Assembly: GCF_041146345.1 (NCBI RefSeq)
Contig: NW_027191405.1
Span: forward strand, 930,001 to 994,000
Source: Neodothiora populina
Taxonomy: Eukaryota
DNA: 64,000 bases
Direction of reading: 5' to 3'
Below the pieces are notes generated by a model that saw only the letters and a list, made by a program, of their open reading frames with translations, was not told the origin of the DNA and ran no database searches. Each line of letters opens with the position of its first letter. Position 1 is the stretch's first letter. Below, one piece after another: positions 1 to 12,871 of this stretch. A program made the translations under genes and the position numbers.

Positions 1-363
1 TCGGCGCCGAAGCCGCCAACGTCGTTTTTGAACTGAGCGAGGTCTCCCAAGCACAGGTGGCGCCGTCTTTGCCGTGAGTGGCTTCGCTGCACCGCCTTAG
101 TCTTGACCGAACTTCAGACCGCAACGTCATGCGAGGCTACCGCTTTTTGGACTTTTGGGAGAGATATAATTAAGGTACCTTTAAGGTGTGGTAAACACTA
201 CCTATACTATACCATTGATATCATCTTTTCTTTACGAATATACCTTCGATCACTTACAAGGTCATTTTCGGCTTGCGAACACAATCTATCATCACATACT
301 GCATCGCGCAGAAGTCCATTTACGTGCCCACTGAGTTGCTTCGTAAACTCGTGAACCGAAAAC

Positions 364-1327
364 ATGCCTTCTCAAACTCGCAATGTTGCTATGCAGAGGT
401 GGCTAGCGGACAACTTCACGCTCAGTCCACTATTTGTGCTACAGGTCAGCCTGACTTGATCCACCTTGTCTCGCCGTCGCCACTGTACTGATGACTTACA
501 GGGCATATACCACTTTCTGCGTCACCGCTATATGTGGCCGCTGTTCAGAACTCGACTGATACCACTGACACTCCTCTCTGTCTGTGTGGTCACATTACTA
601 TTTCTGACGACCTACCTTCCTCAAGTAGCGATCTTGTCTCTCTTCCACGGTCGCGACTCCGCTTTCGCAAATGGAGCGTTCCTGGTCTTGAGTGAAGCAA
701 ATCTGATCATCGCAATCCTTTTCGAGGCCTTCCTGGTCGACAAGACCCAAGTCGATAGCTTTGATGCTGTGCTCGTCGCAAAGGGCCATGCCGACCTGGT
801 CAGAACTCGTAGACCAGTAGCTGACGAAGGCTCCGATCCTCTCGACAGATTAGGCCCTCGCGAGAAGGGGGCCATATTCGCGCCCTTCTCGTTCCGTCAA
901 ATCGTCGAGTTTGTCATCTTCTTGCCGCTTAACTTCATACCTTACGTTGGTGTACCTCTCTTCTTGCTCCTCACTGGGTACCGTGCGGGCCCGCTTCTTC
1001 AATACCGCTATTTCATGCTTAAGGGTTTCACGAAGAAGGAAAGAAGGGCGTTCGCCAAGACCAAGTCAATGCGGTGGCAATATATGTGGTTTGGGACCGT
1101 GTACATGGTAAGCTAGATCCCTTCTCACCTGCAAGCACTGTTTGAGACTAGAGCTGATGGATCGTCAGATACTTCAATTGATTCCCGTACTGAGTATGCT
1201 GTTCTTGTTGACAAGTGCGGCTGGAAGTGCCTTGTGGGCTGCAGAAATGGAAGACAGAAGGCAAAGACGGCCAGCCCTCGAGGCCGATGATGAGGAGCAA
1301 CCTCCTGCTTACACTGATTATATCTAG
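364..1327 (+). CDS. EI24-domain membrane protein (Lds1/Lds2/Rrt8-like); exons 364-444, 502-1107, 1169-1327
   Basis: Multi-TM hydrophobic ORF with family-like 'FLPLNFIPYVGVPLF' and 'LQLIPVLSMLFLLTSAAGSALWAAEME'. Introns GTCAGC..CAG and GTAAGC..CAG join the frames. Confidence 0.75.
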
Positions 1328-1411
1328 TCTTTTTGTGTCATTTCTATGTATCCTAATCTAGGCCGTATCTTGTGCAAGTCATGACTATCAACATTACCCG
1401 AGATGCCCACT

Positions 1412-3148
1412 TCATGCAAGTTTAAGGTTATTATGCTCCGGATTGAACCACTCTCTTACAAGAGCTTCGAGAACCTCTTCTGCTGCAGCTTTCGCCTCTT
1501 GCGGCGTCGAGGCGCTGCCTTCAATGTAAAGCTTGATCTTCGGCTCCGTGCCGGAACCTCGTACCGTGAACTGCACATGTCCTTCGACTTCACAACTGAT
1601 CATTTGAGATGACGCATCAACCGGCAGAAGTGGTTTTTGGTCTGGTGTGCCCGTATCCAATCCGACAGTAAGATCACGCCAACGGAGAATAGACCGCTTT
1701 CCCACAACGCTCGGTCTGTTCTCGCGTATCTCGCTGAACACAGTATTCGTGATGTCTGGCGATGGTGATATCAAATAAGTGTTGGCCTCTTCAAAATAGC
1801 CATATTCACGACAGAGTTGCTGATACTTTGACCACGGAGTCAAGCCAGAGTCATGCCATTTATGACATGCAGCCAGAAACACAGTGGCTGCGCTGACACC
1901 GTCCTTGTCAAAGACACCGGCTTCGCTGAACATGTAGCCGATTGCTTCCTCGTAGGCGTAAAGTGCGTCATACCCAGCAGCGTGGAGATCCTGAGCTTTG
2001 TTTCCGAGCCATTTGAACCCCGTCAGGGTTTCCTCGAAGTGGAACTTCTGAGAGACTGCGGCCATTCGAGCGAGCATCTTCGAGGACACTGTTGATGCGA
2101 GCATTGCAAGGCCTTTTGATTTGGGTGTGGGTTCGTATGTCTCCAGAATATACGAGGCGAGAAGAACGCCCATCTGATTGCCCGTGATCTGTCTCCAGGC
2201 TCCGTCGACCTTCTCTGCAACAGCAAATCGATCTGCATCGGGGTCGTTCGCTAGGATTAGAGTAATGCCTTCTCCGTCCGCCACTTGTTTTGCTAGATCA
2301 AGCGCACCCTTTTCTTCCGGGTTCGGAAAGTGCACTGTCCTGAAGGTTGGATCTGGTTCGGCTTGGTCTTTCACGACATGCATATCTAATTCGAGACGGA
2401 GGTTCTGCAAAGCAGCTGTGAAGAACGGAAGCCCGACACCATGCATAGGCGTATACACAAATGGGATTGAAGTGGAAACTTGGCGCAGATTTGCCGCTTT
2501 CGCAACAGCAGCCATATAGGGGCCTTGCACCATGTCTAATGCGTTGCTCATCAATGGATTGGTGTTGTTGACAGTAGAGATATCCCAGGTCAGAGGCTCG
2601 AGGTTATTCACTATGGCATTAGCAATGCCCACGTCAACAGGTGGAATTATCTGGCAGCCGTTCGACCAATACACCTTGTAACCATTATCGGCAGCTGGAT
2701 TGTGTGAAGCGGTCACCATGACACCAGCAGCTGCATTCATCTGGTTCACAGTGTAAGGCACTAGAGGCGTATGTACTTGACCAAGCCAGTGAACTCGAAT
2801 GTTCTTCGCCATGAAGGCAGCAGCCGTCAAACAAGCAAATTTCTCAGAGTTGAAACGAGCATCTCTGCCAATAACCACTCCCCGTTTCTCAACATCACTG
2901 ACGGTCTCCAGTAGATATGCAGCCAGACCCTGAGATGCTTGTATCACAGTTAGGGCATTCATACGGGAGAAGCCAGCGCCCATTGTCGCTCGAAGACCTG
3001 CTGTGCCAAACGCAATCCGTTGTCGCATTCGCTGGTCAAGCTCTGATAGATCGTCTTTTGCGAGAAGTGCCTCCACCTCAGCACGCGTTGAGGGATCTTG
3101 GTCGAGACGCAGCCATTCCTGTGCCAGTTCTTGCGTGGTAGTCGCCAT
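1412..3148 (-). CDS. Alpha-D-phosphohexomutase, PGM2/Prm15 (phosphopentomutase/phosphoglucomutase) type; coding region intronless
   Basis: Motifs FGTAGLR, catalytic TASHNP, metal-binding DPDADR, YEEAIG and RGSGTEPKIK. First ATG at 3148 (MATTTQEL). Confidence 0.92.
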   Translation of the reverse strand: MATTTQELAQEWLRLDQDPSTRAEVEALLAKDDLSELDQRMRQRIAFGTAGLRATMGAGFSRMNALTVIQASQGLAAYLLETVSDVEKRGVVIGRDARFNSEKFACLTAAAFMAKNIRVHWLGQVHTPLVPYTVNQMNAAAGVMVTASHNPAADNGYKVYWSNGCQIIPPVDVGIANAIVNNLEPLTWDISTVNNTNPLMSNALDMVQGPYMAAVAKAANLRQVSTSIPFVYTPMHGVGLPFFTAALQNLRLELDMHVVKDQAEPDPTFRTVHFPNPEEKGALDLAKQVADGEGITLILANDPDADRFAVAEKVDGAWRQITGNQMGVLLASYILETYEPTPKSKGLAMLASTVSSKMLARMAAVSQKFHFEETLTGFKWLGNKAQDLHAAGYDALYAYEEAIGYMFSEAGVFDKDGVSAATVFLAACHKWHDSGLTPWSKYQQLCREYGYFEEANTYLISPSPDITNTVFSEIRENRPSVVGKRSILRWRDLTVGLDTGTPDQKPLLPVDASSQMISCEVEGHVQFTVRGSGTEPKIKLYIEGSASTPQEAKAAAEEVLEALVREWFNPEHNNLKLA

Positions 3149-3748
3149 GCTTGGAATCCAATATGCCACATGCACCACCTGGAAAGGAGACAGAAGGTCA
3201 AGATAGATGAAAATCAGTTTTGCAAGGTTTAGAATGTAGAAACTCTTCAACCAATGTATGATATAACTGCGCTATATTCAAGTAAAAGACGTAATGATAT
3301 AGAAAGTACTGTCGTACTGTAGGGGTACAGCGATGGTGACTGTAAATGAACAACGCGTATATTGCCGCATCCGGCCTAGACGGCGATAAGCGCAATCAGG
3401 TGCCTGAGTCATGCAGCAACCGGTGACGCTACTGCACCTGCCTTCCACTGGGGTGTGTACCTTCCTTAACTCCTCTCCACATGCCAATCTGCCCTTCCCC
3501 CAATGCCTTACCTTTAGTGCCTTTGCACCTTAGATATCGGTCAAGTGGCTATCACTGTTATCCATGTGCCTCATAATCACATCCTCCCTTAAATAATTAC
3601 TACTTTGTTCCTGCTGTGTCTGTGCATCAGCAATGCCGTTTCGGTCTCGGAGACTCGGCTTGCTTGATCCTCTCACACGTACTTGTATCTGTATAGACAC
3701 TTGCACTAACCTCAACAGCAGTGAGCGGACACCCAGTCACCGCCCACG

Positions 3749-6577
3749 ATGATGGCCTCACGTATCTTATCGCGCTTCCTGCCCAACACAGAAAGCGGGG
3801 TATTATTCGATCATAGAATACCAGAGATTGAGGCTGGCGACGACCACGATCAAAGGACATCAAGCGATCATGAGTTGGACGCTTTACTTGCTGAGGCAGC
3901 CGCCGAGGAGCACGCCACACCACCATCTTCAAGCACTCGACCTTCTAGTTGGGAAAGAAACACCGATGTACCTCATTCGGATTTAGAAGACGATGTTCCA
4001 CACTCATTACTGGTTGAAGGTGCCGCCTTGCGTCAGCAATTCTCAAAGCAGCCGAGAAGAGATCATGCATCGACCTTGCGTGCTGAAGAGCAGTGGAGAA
4101 CCGTCCAGGATAGACAGCCTTTGCATAACGACAGTGATAACCCTGCTCGTACTCAGGTCAGGGGTGTTTCGACTCAACACGCAATTGATGCCAGAGAGCA
4201 AGCCTTGTGGCTTTGGACGAATGTTCAAAATCTTGACGCCTTCCTGCTAGAGCTATATGAATACTATGCAGAGCACGGCATCTGGTCCATGTTACTCTCC
4301 CGTGCTATCAACATGGCGTAGGTCTTCTAATCTATCCTTCATCTGTGGTAATCATCAACTGATTATAGTCGGATAGGACCACTGCTTTCCTGTTTTCGCT
4401 ATATATGTTCATGTCCTCTTGTATTGATTACTCGAAAATACCGGCAAGCAAGTCTACGTCGGAGGTCTTGATCCCAAAGTGCATGCAGAAGTAAGTGACT
4501 TTCACCTCGAATACGCACAGAATTGACGAGGCTGATGCGGTCACAGTACATCATTCGCGAAGAATGTTCTTCTGTGGTGCTTCACTTTCTGGTGGTGCTG
4601 GATGCTCTTCAAGCATTTGATGGACGTCCGCCGACTATGGTCTTTACACGAGTTCTATCATCATCTGCTGAACATCCCTGATATTGACTTGCAAACTGTC
4701 TCCTGGGAACGTGTTGTGGAGGGCCTGATGAAATTACGCAATTCGAATGCGCGGACTGCCGATGACCTTCCTCGTTACCTGAAAGATGTGACCAAGCATC
4801 AAGCAAAGCAACGCATGGATGCTCACGACATAGCCAACCGTCTTATGCGTCGCGATAATTACTTTGTTGCCTTGTTCAACAAAGAGATATTTGACCTCTC
4901 GTTGCCTGTACCCTTTCTTGGAACGCGTCAGTTCTACTCAAAGAGTCTCGAGTTTTGCATCCAATTCTGTTTCCAGGACTTTATATTTGATCATCAGGGT
5001 CAGGTGAAGCCTTCTTGTCTGAAACGTCAAGATCGCAATCACCTTATACAGACTTTGCGTCGACGTCTTCGCTTCACTGCTATCATGAGTATCATTCTGG
5101 CGCCCGTCAACATTGGGGCCCACTGCATCTATTACTTTTCCCGCTATTATGCCGTGAGCACAAATGATCATACATGCCCAACTTTCCATGCTAATTCGCT
5201 GTACAGGAGTTTCGAAATAGCCCGTCGAAGCTGAGTGCCCGAGCATTCACACCTCTTGCGGAATGGAAATTCCGCGAGTTCAATGAGCTTCAGCACGACT
5301 TTCGGCAGCGTATGAGGATGTCTTATCCCTTCGCGGATGACTACCTCAATCAATTTCCACGAGACAAGACTCACCAGCTATTGCAATTTGTCAGCCTCGT
5401 GAGTGGCACTTTGGCAGGCTTGCTCGGTCTCGCAACCTTGCTGGATCCCGAGCTGTTCCTCGGCTTCGAGATCACGCCTGGGCGAACCGCTTTTTTCTAT
5501 ATATCCATTCTTATGGCTATCTTCGCTGGCGCTCGTGGTGGCGTGCCGGACGAGAGCGAAGTTCACGATCCCGTGTTACACCTCATGAACGTAATTCACA
5601 TGACACATTATCAGCCCTCACGAGGAAGACACCAGCTCCACAGTAACGATGTTCGCGTCGAATTTTCCTCGTTATATCAGATGAAGATACTGATTTTCCT
5701 GGAAGAAATCATGAGTCTTATCATCGCACCCTTTGTTTTGTGGAAGAACTCCGGGAAACGAAGTGAGACGATTGTGGACTTCTTCAGAAACTCGACTGTA
5801 CAAGTCGACGGGCTCGGCTACCTTTGCGCCTTTTCTGTTTTTGATTTTAGAAAGAGCAAGAACGTCGAGGACGAGGCCATGCAAGATACCGATGGCCTGA
5901 GAGAGGAGTATTTCGGGACAAAAGACGACAAGATGGCCAAATCTCAATTCTATTTTATGCAGCGAGTGAGTGGCTACGACCAAAAACATGGTCCTGGTCG
6001 CCATCACCGCCCGCACTTTGGACTGCACCTGCCCCCTTCGTTTCCACCCATGTCTCCTTTACGTCAGACAGCCAACAAGAGATCTGAAGGCAAGACAAAT
6101 CTTGCTGCGAAAGGTCGCTCAGCATCTCCACAAAGATCCATTCTTCTCGATTTGCCGCATCAGCAGCGTCATGGTAATAAAGGCACGTCGGATCCTCGGA
6201 ACAAGAGAAGCGGACTGTCCTCCCATGCAGCCGCCGCTCGACGCGGTAATCTCACGGGCGCAGGCTACATCAGCCCCGACGAATTGGAGGAGGACCCGGC
6301 TCGTCTCGCACGACTAGATGCCATGACCACCAGCCGACTGATCGAAGAAGACAACAGTCTGGGCGACTCGTGGAAAGTATCGGCGTCCTCGCCGTCGCGC
6401 AAACACGGCGGGGCTCAAGGTGGTACTGGCGGCGTTGGTGCCGGTGTCGTCTCGTCTTCTCACGCGTCCGAGGGGCCTGGTGGTAACAATGACAAGAGAA
6501 CGAGCGGTGGAGTTCTAGGTCTTCTGGTCGAGTACTCGAAGGCGCATGCTGGTGGAAAGGGACCCAAGATCGGATGA
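3749..6577 (+). CDS. ATG9: Autophagy lipid scramblase Atg9; exons 3749-4317, 4377-4490, 4547-5153, 5207-6577
   Basis: Atg9 motifs 'LWLWTNVQNLDAFL', 'MDAHDIANRLMRRDNY', 'WKFREFNEL' and 'IVDFFRNSTVQVDGLGYLC'. Three canonical introns restore one frame. Confidence 0.95.
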
Positions 6578-6599
6578 TTTGCATTTTGAGTACGATGGC

Positions 6600-6623
6600 G
6601 ACGACGACGACGACGACGACGAC
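6600..6623 (+). repeat. (GAC)8 microsatellite in ATG9 3'UTR
   Basis: Direct read. Confidence 0.9.
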
Positions 6624-7048
6624 AATAACGATTGGAATCGACACTTGAGTCGTTTTGAGGTAGAGAAATGATGCCTACTTGTCTAGCCTGTAGATGTCTC
6701 ATAGCAGGCAGAGATCAATGCCTAAGTAGACTGCAGACGACCACTAGTCTCCTCGAATAGGATTTAGAAATCAATGATTTAGTAAGTCCTCGATTTTGAC
6801 GCGGGCTTCAACATTTGTGATCGTAATAATGTATGTAAAGCGAAAGATTTCATCAGGTTGCCAAGATGACGTCCCACGAATATATAGTATGTGCATGAAC
6901 AGGGCGATGACACCGAGCATAGGTGAAGTAAAAAGCATGTCTACCATTCGTAATCTAGCTAGAAGCAAGCGTTGCAGAAAAGTTTCTGGGGTAAACAGAA
7001 ACGCACACAAGTTCTCTTTTGTTTTCGGTCTTCAAGAGCAAGAACTGT

Positions 7049-8816
7049 TCAATGGCCCATCTCACCACTCTCAACGATAACCCTCTGACACTCAGCCAAG
7101 ATCCTAGCCTGCTTCGCGACATCGCCCAGCTTGCCGATGATTTTCCCATTTCCGTCTCCAAAGCCATAGATGGCATAAGGAATACCGACGTCCTTGCAGA
7201 ACTGCATGACGAGCTTCTGGGTGCGACGCAGGTTGTGGCGCGGGATGCGCGGGTAGAGGTGATGGATGGCCTGGAACTGCAGGCCACCGTGGAAGAAATC
7301 GAGCCATTGCGGGCAGTCGACGTCCATGGTTGTGCGCAGCATGCGCTGGGGGAAGGACTCGGTGACGCCCAGGTCGGCGGTGCTCATGGCGAAGTGGCTG
7401 AGCGTGATTTGCACGTGTACGGGCATGGTCACGATGTGGCTTATCATGACGAATGCGAAGCGGTCCCAGCCGTTCGGGATGCATTTGTACACCATCTGAT
7501 ACCCGAACCAGTACCAGAAGAAGATCTGGCCGGCGAGCTCGAACCAGCGGTGCCAGGCTGCGGGACCCTTTCGCGGGCCGAGTCCGAGGAGGATGTACTC
7601 CCAGCTCAGACGATAGAGGTTGAAGCGGCCGAAACATAGAATGGGGTAGTAGAGGAAGTGTTGGTAGTTGATCATGATTTTTGCGAATGCGTCGTAGCTC
7701 ATGATGCGGTCGTAGTAGGTCGATCGTAAGGAGCTCATGAAGCGGTGCGAGACGGCGAAGAAGGGCAAGTGTTGGATGTCGGGGTCGTGTTCGCAGGAGT
7801 TTGTGATGATGTGATGCACGTTGTGACTGCGTTTCCACCATCCTAGACTCAGGCCGCCGAGCCAGTCGGCAACGATCATGCCGATGGTCGAGTCGATTTG
7901 ATAGTTGTGAGTGACTGCCACATGGCCGGTGTCGTGGGCGGTGAAGACCAATTGGTGCCAGAAGATGCCGAGGAAGAGCCCGCTGGTCTTGTACCAGCCG
8001 TAGTGAAGGAATGTCAGGCACAAAACAAAGAACAAGGTGTAGCGACAGGCCTCGATCAGGTAAGATGTGTATCGACATTCGTACAGGCCTTCGGCTTCGA
8101 TGCGCTTCTGCAGCTCGCGGTATTTTGTCATGATGTTGGCCTGAGTCTTGACGTCCAGAGCAGGGTACACTTTCAGGTCGTGTTCTATCGCTTGTCGAGT
8201 CATATTTTCTGACGTGGTTTCCTGTGTTGTCTTCTCCTCGACATCGAGTGAGGATATAGAAGAGGCAGATGATGATGTCGACTCGGCGTGGGACTTGCGA
8301 GAGCGCATGTGAGGACCATTGGCTGGATCAAAGACTGGTGAGGGCTCGGCTGAGCTCTCGCGGCTTGACGAGTCCTGCTCCTCAAGCTCGAGTGCGGTCG
8401 ATGTTGCAAAGGCGGTAGCCTCTTCAGTTATTTCTAGAGGGCGGAAGTGACCACCTTGGATTGGAGGCAGGAAGTTGAGCCAGGGTCCGTTGATCCTACC
8501 AATCTGGAAGTTGTCCATGCGTTTTAATGTTCCAGCTGAGTGAATACTGTATGGCGACAAGTCAGATATGTATTTGGGCTGATTATCTAGCTAGCATCGA
8601 GGAGACATACGCATGAGCTTCGTCTGTTGCATCTCTACCGATCATGTGCTTTATAGCCTTGTCACCACCAGGGTGATATTTGAGCCATGCGTCAACCTTC
8701 ATTACTTTGTCATCGAGAATGAAAATGTGGTTTCCATCAGCTATCATGGCCTCAATCTCGTCTCGTCTATAGACCCGCTCGCGACGGCCATTGCGGGCGA
8801 CAGAGGCTCCACTCAT
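7049..8816 (-). CDS. SLD1: Sphingolipid delta-8 desaturase with N-terminal cytochrome b5 domain; exons 8816-8611, 8546-7049
   Basis: HPGG b5 motif and front-end desaturase His boxes HDTGH, HNVHH, QAIHH. GTATGT..CAG intron. Confidence 0.9.
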
Positions 8817-9803
8817 GGCTGATGTTCGACTGAATTGCAGAAAGAGAAATTGAAAGACGAGGGGTACTTAGGAAGAAGAAATTGACATGTCTAGAGGAAA
8901 CACTCGTGTTCTATAAAGGTAGGAGTGGTTGAGATTTAGTAGTGGAAAGCAACAAATCACAGAGTAGTAAATTCCAAAGACGGGCGAATTGGCGACAGGC
9001 TACAGGATACGAAGATGGAGCTCTACGAGTCTGGACCCTGAGATGGACATCAAACACTGCAAACGCGTCTGAATGTCAGGGTCTCTCAGGAGATCTTTTA
9101 TCGCCACCGAATCCACACGCGGGCGCGAGGGGTGACATCTTGCCGTAAAGTCAGATCATCTGCGTCCTGTTGTTGTTGGTACAGCAGTCTCGGCTCTTGT
9201 AAATTCCGGGGTTGATGGGCTGACTGTATACAAAGGTAAGCTAAGGCAAGGTGTAGAAAGTGCTTTTGAGGCATGCCCATATCTACATAAGATATACATG
9301 ATTGCCTTCAATGATAATTGGAGCCTACGCGATTGGAATGTACGGTATAGGAAGTGCACAATAATTCGGTGTCCTTCAGTCATAGCGGGGTTACCCATAC
9401 TGTAATGTCCATCAAGTATGAAATTATGAATGCAGACAGCTCTCGGATTCTGTGGAAGTCACCCGCGTGTAGTTGCCTCTAATTGTGACGCCCTGTATAT
9501 GCGGTAGTACCCTGTGCATGTTGACTTACAGGCCCATGGTCTCGCTTGGTATTTACAAACATATAATGATCACAGACTCCGAGCAAGCAGAGGTCAATCA
9601 AAAGGGGCTGGTGTCAGTCGCTACTTGTCGCGTGTGCTTATGGTCTTCTTCTTCAGAGGCATCGACGTTTGACACGTAGCGTGTAATCTTGCTTCAGGAA
9701 GCAGCACGCCTAGGGCATCTTTATCTACTTGCAATTGATCCATGAGTGTTGTGGGAGATCTGGCTTATACAAACTGAATTGATGAGATATAAATAAGCAC
9801 GCA

Positions 9804-11989
9804 ATGTCTGGTGCCTACTTTCAGGATCGGTCGAGGAACCCCTCACCTTCTCCGGCCATATCATCTCCCCTGCTTTCCCCCGGTATACCAGCACATAAGT
9901 CAAATGCTCTACAGGGTCGCATCACCAGTGTGCTATCTGCTTCGTTCGCTGATCTCGAGATCCGGGATTCATTGGAGACTCTTGACGCTCGCAAGACTGT
10001 CAACACTCCAGAAACACGCAGGAATCTGAGGTTGGAGGCGCAGCAGGAGTTGATAGAATGTAATGGCGAGATTATCAAAGACTTTGGTCAGGTCGCACAG
10101 GTGAGTAGCAATAGCATTTATTATCCAGTATGCATAAACTGACTTTGAGAAGCATCTCAAGCTCATCGGCACGGCGATTGATGGTCTGAATAAGTCGTGT
10201 GTTGCTATACGATCACATATCACGGCGGCTTCTCGTGAGACTGGGCCATGTCTTGAGGAGACTGCTGAGCTTCTAAAGCAAAAGCAACAGAATGAAACGA
10301 AACAAGAACTACTGACTGCCTTTACCAAGCACTTCACCCTGTCGAATGATGAGATCTCTAGCCTTACCTCTACTGCTGAGCCAATCACGGACGACTTCTT
10401 CCAGGCTTTGGCGCGCATCAAGCGTATACATGACGACAGTGAAGTCCTTCTCGGATCAGAAGACCAGCAACTCGGCCTTGAGATACTCGAGCAGAGCTCG
10501 AAGCACATGAACGCCGCCTATCAGAAGTTATTTCGCTGGACGCAGAGAGAACTTCGGACGTTGGACCTTGAAGATCCACAGCTCAGTATCGCGGTTCGTC
10601 GTGCTTTGCGGGCATTAGCAGAGAGACCGACCCTCTTCCAAGGTTGTCTGGACTTCTTCGCAGAGAACCGAGAGCACGTCCTCTCCGACGCCTTCTACTC
10701 TGCACTTACCGGTGGTTCTACGCAGTCTGATGTAGGCGTGCCTGCTCTAGGAAAGGCCATCGAATTAAATGCCCACGACCCTCTGCGTTATGTCAGCGAT
10801 ATGCTTGCTTGGGCACACGCCGCAACGGTCGGAGAGCGCGAGGCACTGCACATACTCTTCATCTCGGATGCCGACGAGATATCGAAGAGCCTCAAAGAAG
10901 GCCGTGAGCGCGAGCCATGGCTGCAGATGAGCGTAGAAGACGGACAAGAAGCACCAGCGGCTTTCGACGGCAAAAAGGCACTGAACGAGCTCGTGAACAG
11001 AGACTTATCGGGCGTGCTCCGACAACTTCGCCAGCGTGTTGAGCAGATCGTCCACAGCCACGAGGACGCCATGCTCGCATACCAAATCTCGAACCTGGTC
11101 ACTTTCTACTGCCAAGTCTTTCGTTCTCTGCTCGGTGCCGAATGCAGTATCGTACAAGTATTGCGTCCGATCACAGAACGAGCTTTTGAGCAATTCAAGA
11201 CCATCACCCGCGATCACATTGCCAACATCCGCGGCGACGTAGCCGCGACGCCGTCGAGACATGTCGCCGCCGGAGTTCTTGATCGAGGCACTACAGACAT
11301 TGCGCGGGCTGATGAAGAGCTACGACACATCCCTTGCCAACTCACTCGGCGGTGGACAGGGCGAGGCCGAGTTCGAATCGGTCCTGGAAGAGGCACTGGA
11401 TCCTTACCTGGCAGGGTGCGAGAGCCTGGCGAAGAAGATGGGTCCTCCGCACGAGCAGACTCTTTCGCTGAACTGCTTGTTGGCGGTCAAGTCCGTACTC
11501 GAAGGCGCTGCGTTCACGGCGCCACGCCTGGCGGGTATCGAGCAGTCGATCCATGTGGAAAGCGAGCATCTCGTGCATGCGTTGCATGACTGGTTCCTGG
11601 CAGAGTCGGGATTGAGGCCGCTGATGGAGGACCTCGCACCGTACCTCGGCGCCAACCAGGCGGGTCAGGAGGAAAAAATACGAAAAGCCAACAGTCTGCA
11701 GCCGAACAGACTGCTGTCGATGGCTAGGCAGCTAGACGCCTTCATACCTGCTGCCATGGAGGATGCGCGGAGCTACATCGGACACGTCGACGACAGAAGA
11801 CTGCTCCGCGATGTGTGCGACAAGGCGGCAGACATGTTTGTCGAGCAGTACGAAGCCGTCGAGGCGCTTCTCACCGCACTCGATGATATGAAACTGCGAC
11901 AACATGTCGAGGACGAGGAGGATGAAGAGCCATTGCTGAGAGATTTGTTCCCTCGCACTAGCAACGAATTGAAGGTGCTGCTGAGCTAG
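9804..11989 (+). CDS. COG6: Conserved oligomeric Golgi complex subunit 6; exons 9804-10100, 10153-11989, with an apparent +1 frameshift near 11251-11260
   Basis: COG6 motifs 'NTPETRRNLR', 'RALRALAERPTLF' and 'AIELNAHDPLRYVSDMLAWAH'. The C-terminal part 'SPPEFLIEAL...LFPRTSNELKVLLS' lies in the next frame. Confidence 0.88.
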
Positions 11990-12439
11990 ATTTCGGACAT
12001 GTGCCTTTTCGTATATACAGAGCTAAAAGCAGAGCGTACTCGCTCCTGACTAAACATTGCATAATGTCCCCTGTGTCTATGATTTATTGTGCCATTCCTC
12101 GAGCGGTACGAGTCAGCGCCGACGTGATTTGGTATCGGCACTGGCTGACTCTAGGTTTTCCTTCTGTGTCGGGGCGATCCGAGTAGGCTCCGGCCTCGAG
12201 GACGAGTCGTCATATAGCGTAGCCTCGTATGCAACCCACGGCTGACCAAATCCGCATCCAAAAGTGGGAGGGTATCACAGCCATATATCACCACTCTCCG
12301 CCATCCATTATCCAAAAGGCACCACGGCAAAAGAACCAACGAGAGAGGGTCCTACAATTTCCCCCTCCCTTCTCTTCTCAAACCCAGAACGGCAAACCAT
12401 GTCTATTATCTCTTTCTTTTCATCTCAACCCAACAGTGA

Positions 12440-12871
12440 TCAAGCCCCTCCACCCATCTTCTTGACGTACTCGTCGGGCGTGAAGCATTTCGGCGTCCAG
12501 GCATGAATGGCGGCGATTTCTCCCTTCAGCGTGTTATTGACCAGTCGATGGCGAGCCAGAGTTGTTTTCTTGGTGAAGTGAGGTGAGACGATTATGGCTT
12601 CGAACATTTGACCGCAGCCGCCTGTTGGGGGGGTGGGTTAGTCGCCATTTTCTCTTTTGCTGTTCCTTCAATCCTCATCCTTGCATTCTCGTCCGAGTGA
12701 TGTTTGTGTTGTTGGTGTATCTTCTCTTTGCTCTTTCCTGGGTTCTGGGCAAGGTGTGGTGTTGTTGGCGCGCATACCTGATAGATCGACTATGTCTACA
12801 TGTGTGGCTTCGAGTCTTTCGACGAGAGCGGCCTTGAGGGACTCGGGGGTGACGCCTGATGAGACACTCAT
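12440..12871 (-). CDS. BolA-family protein (Bol2/Fra2-like); exons 12871-12778, 12621-12440
   Basis: Spliced product contains '[36 protein letters not shown]'. Intron GTATGC..CTAAC..CAG. Confidence 0.9.

Noticed and set aside
1..130. Possible gene fragment at the window edge (plus frame ending ...VAPSLP*, or minus ATG at 130 running off)
   Set aside because: Too short to determine strand or identity
7019..8078. Long overlapping ORFs over SLD1 (also over MCM2, the WW gene, TAF12, GLE1 and SSD1)
   Set aside because: Expected antisense or alternative-frame shadows of GC3-biased or low-complexity coding sequence; no recognisable motifs
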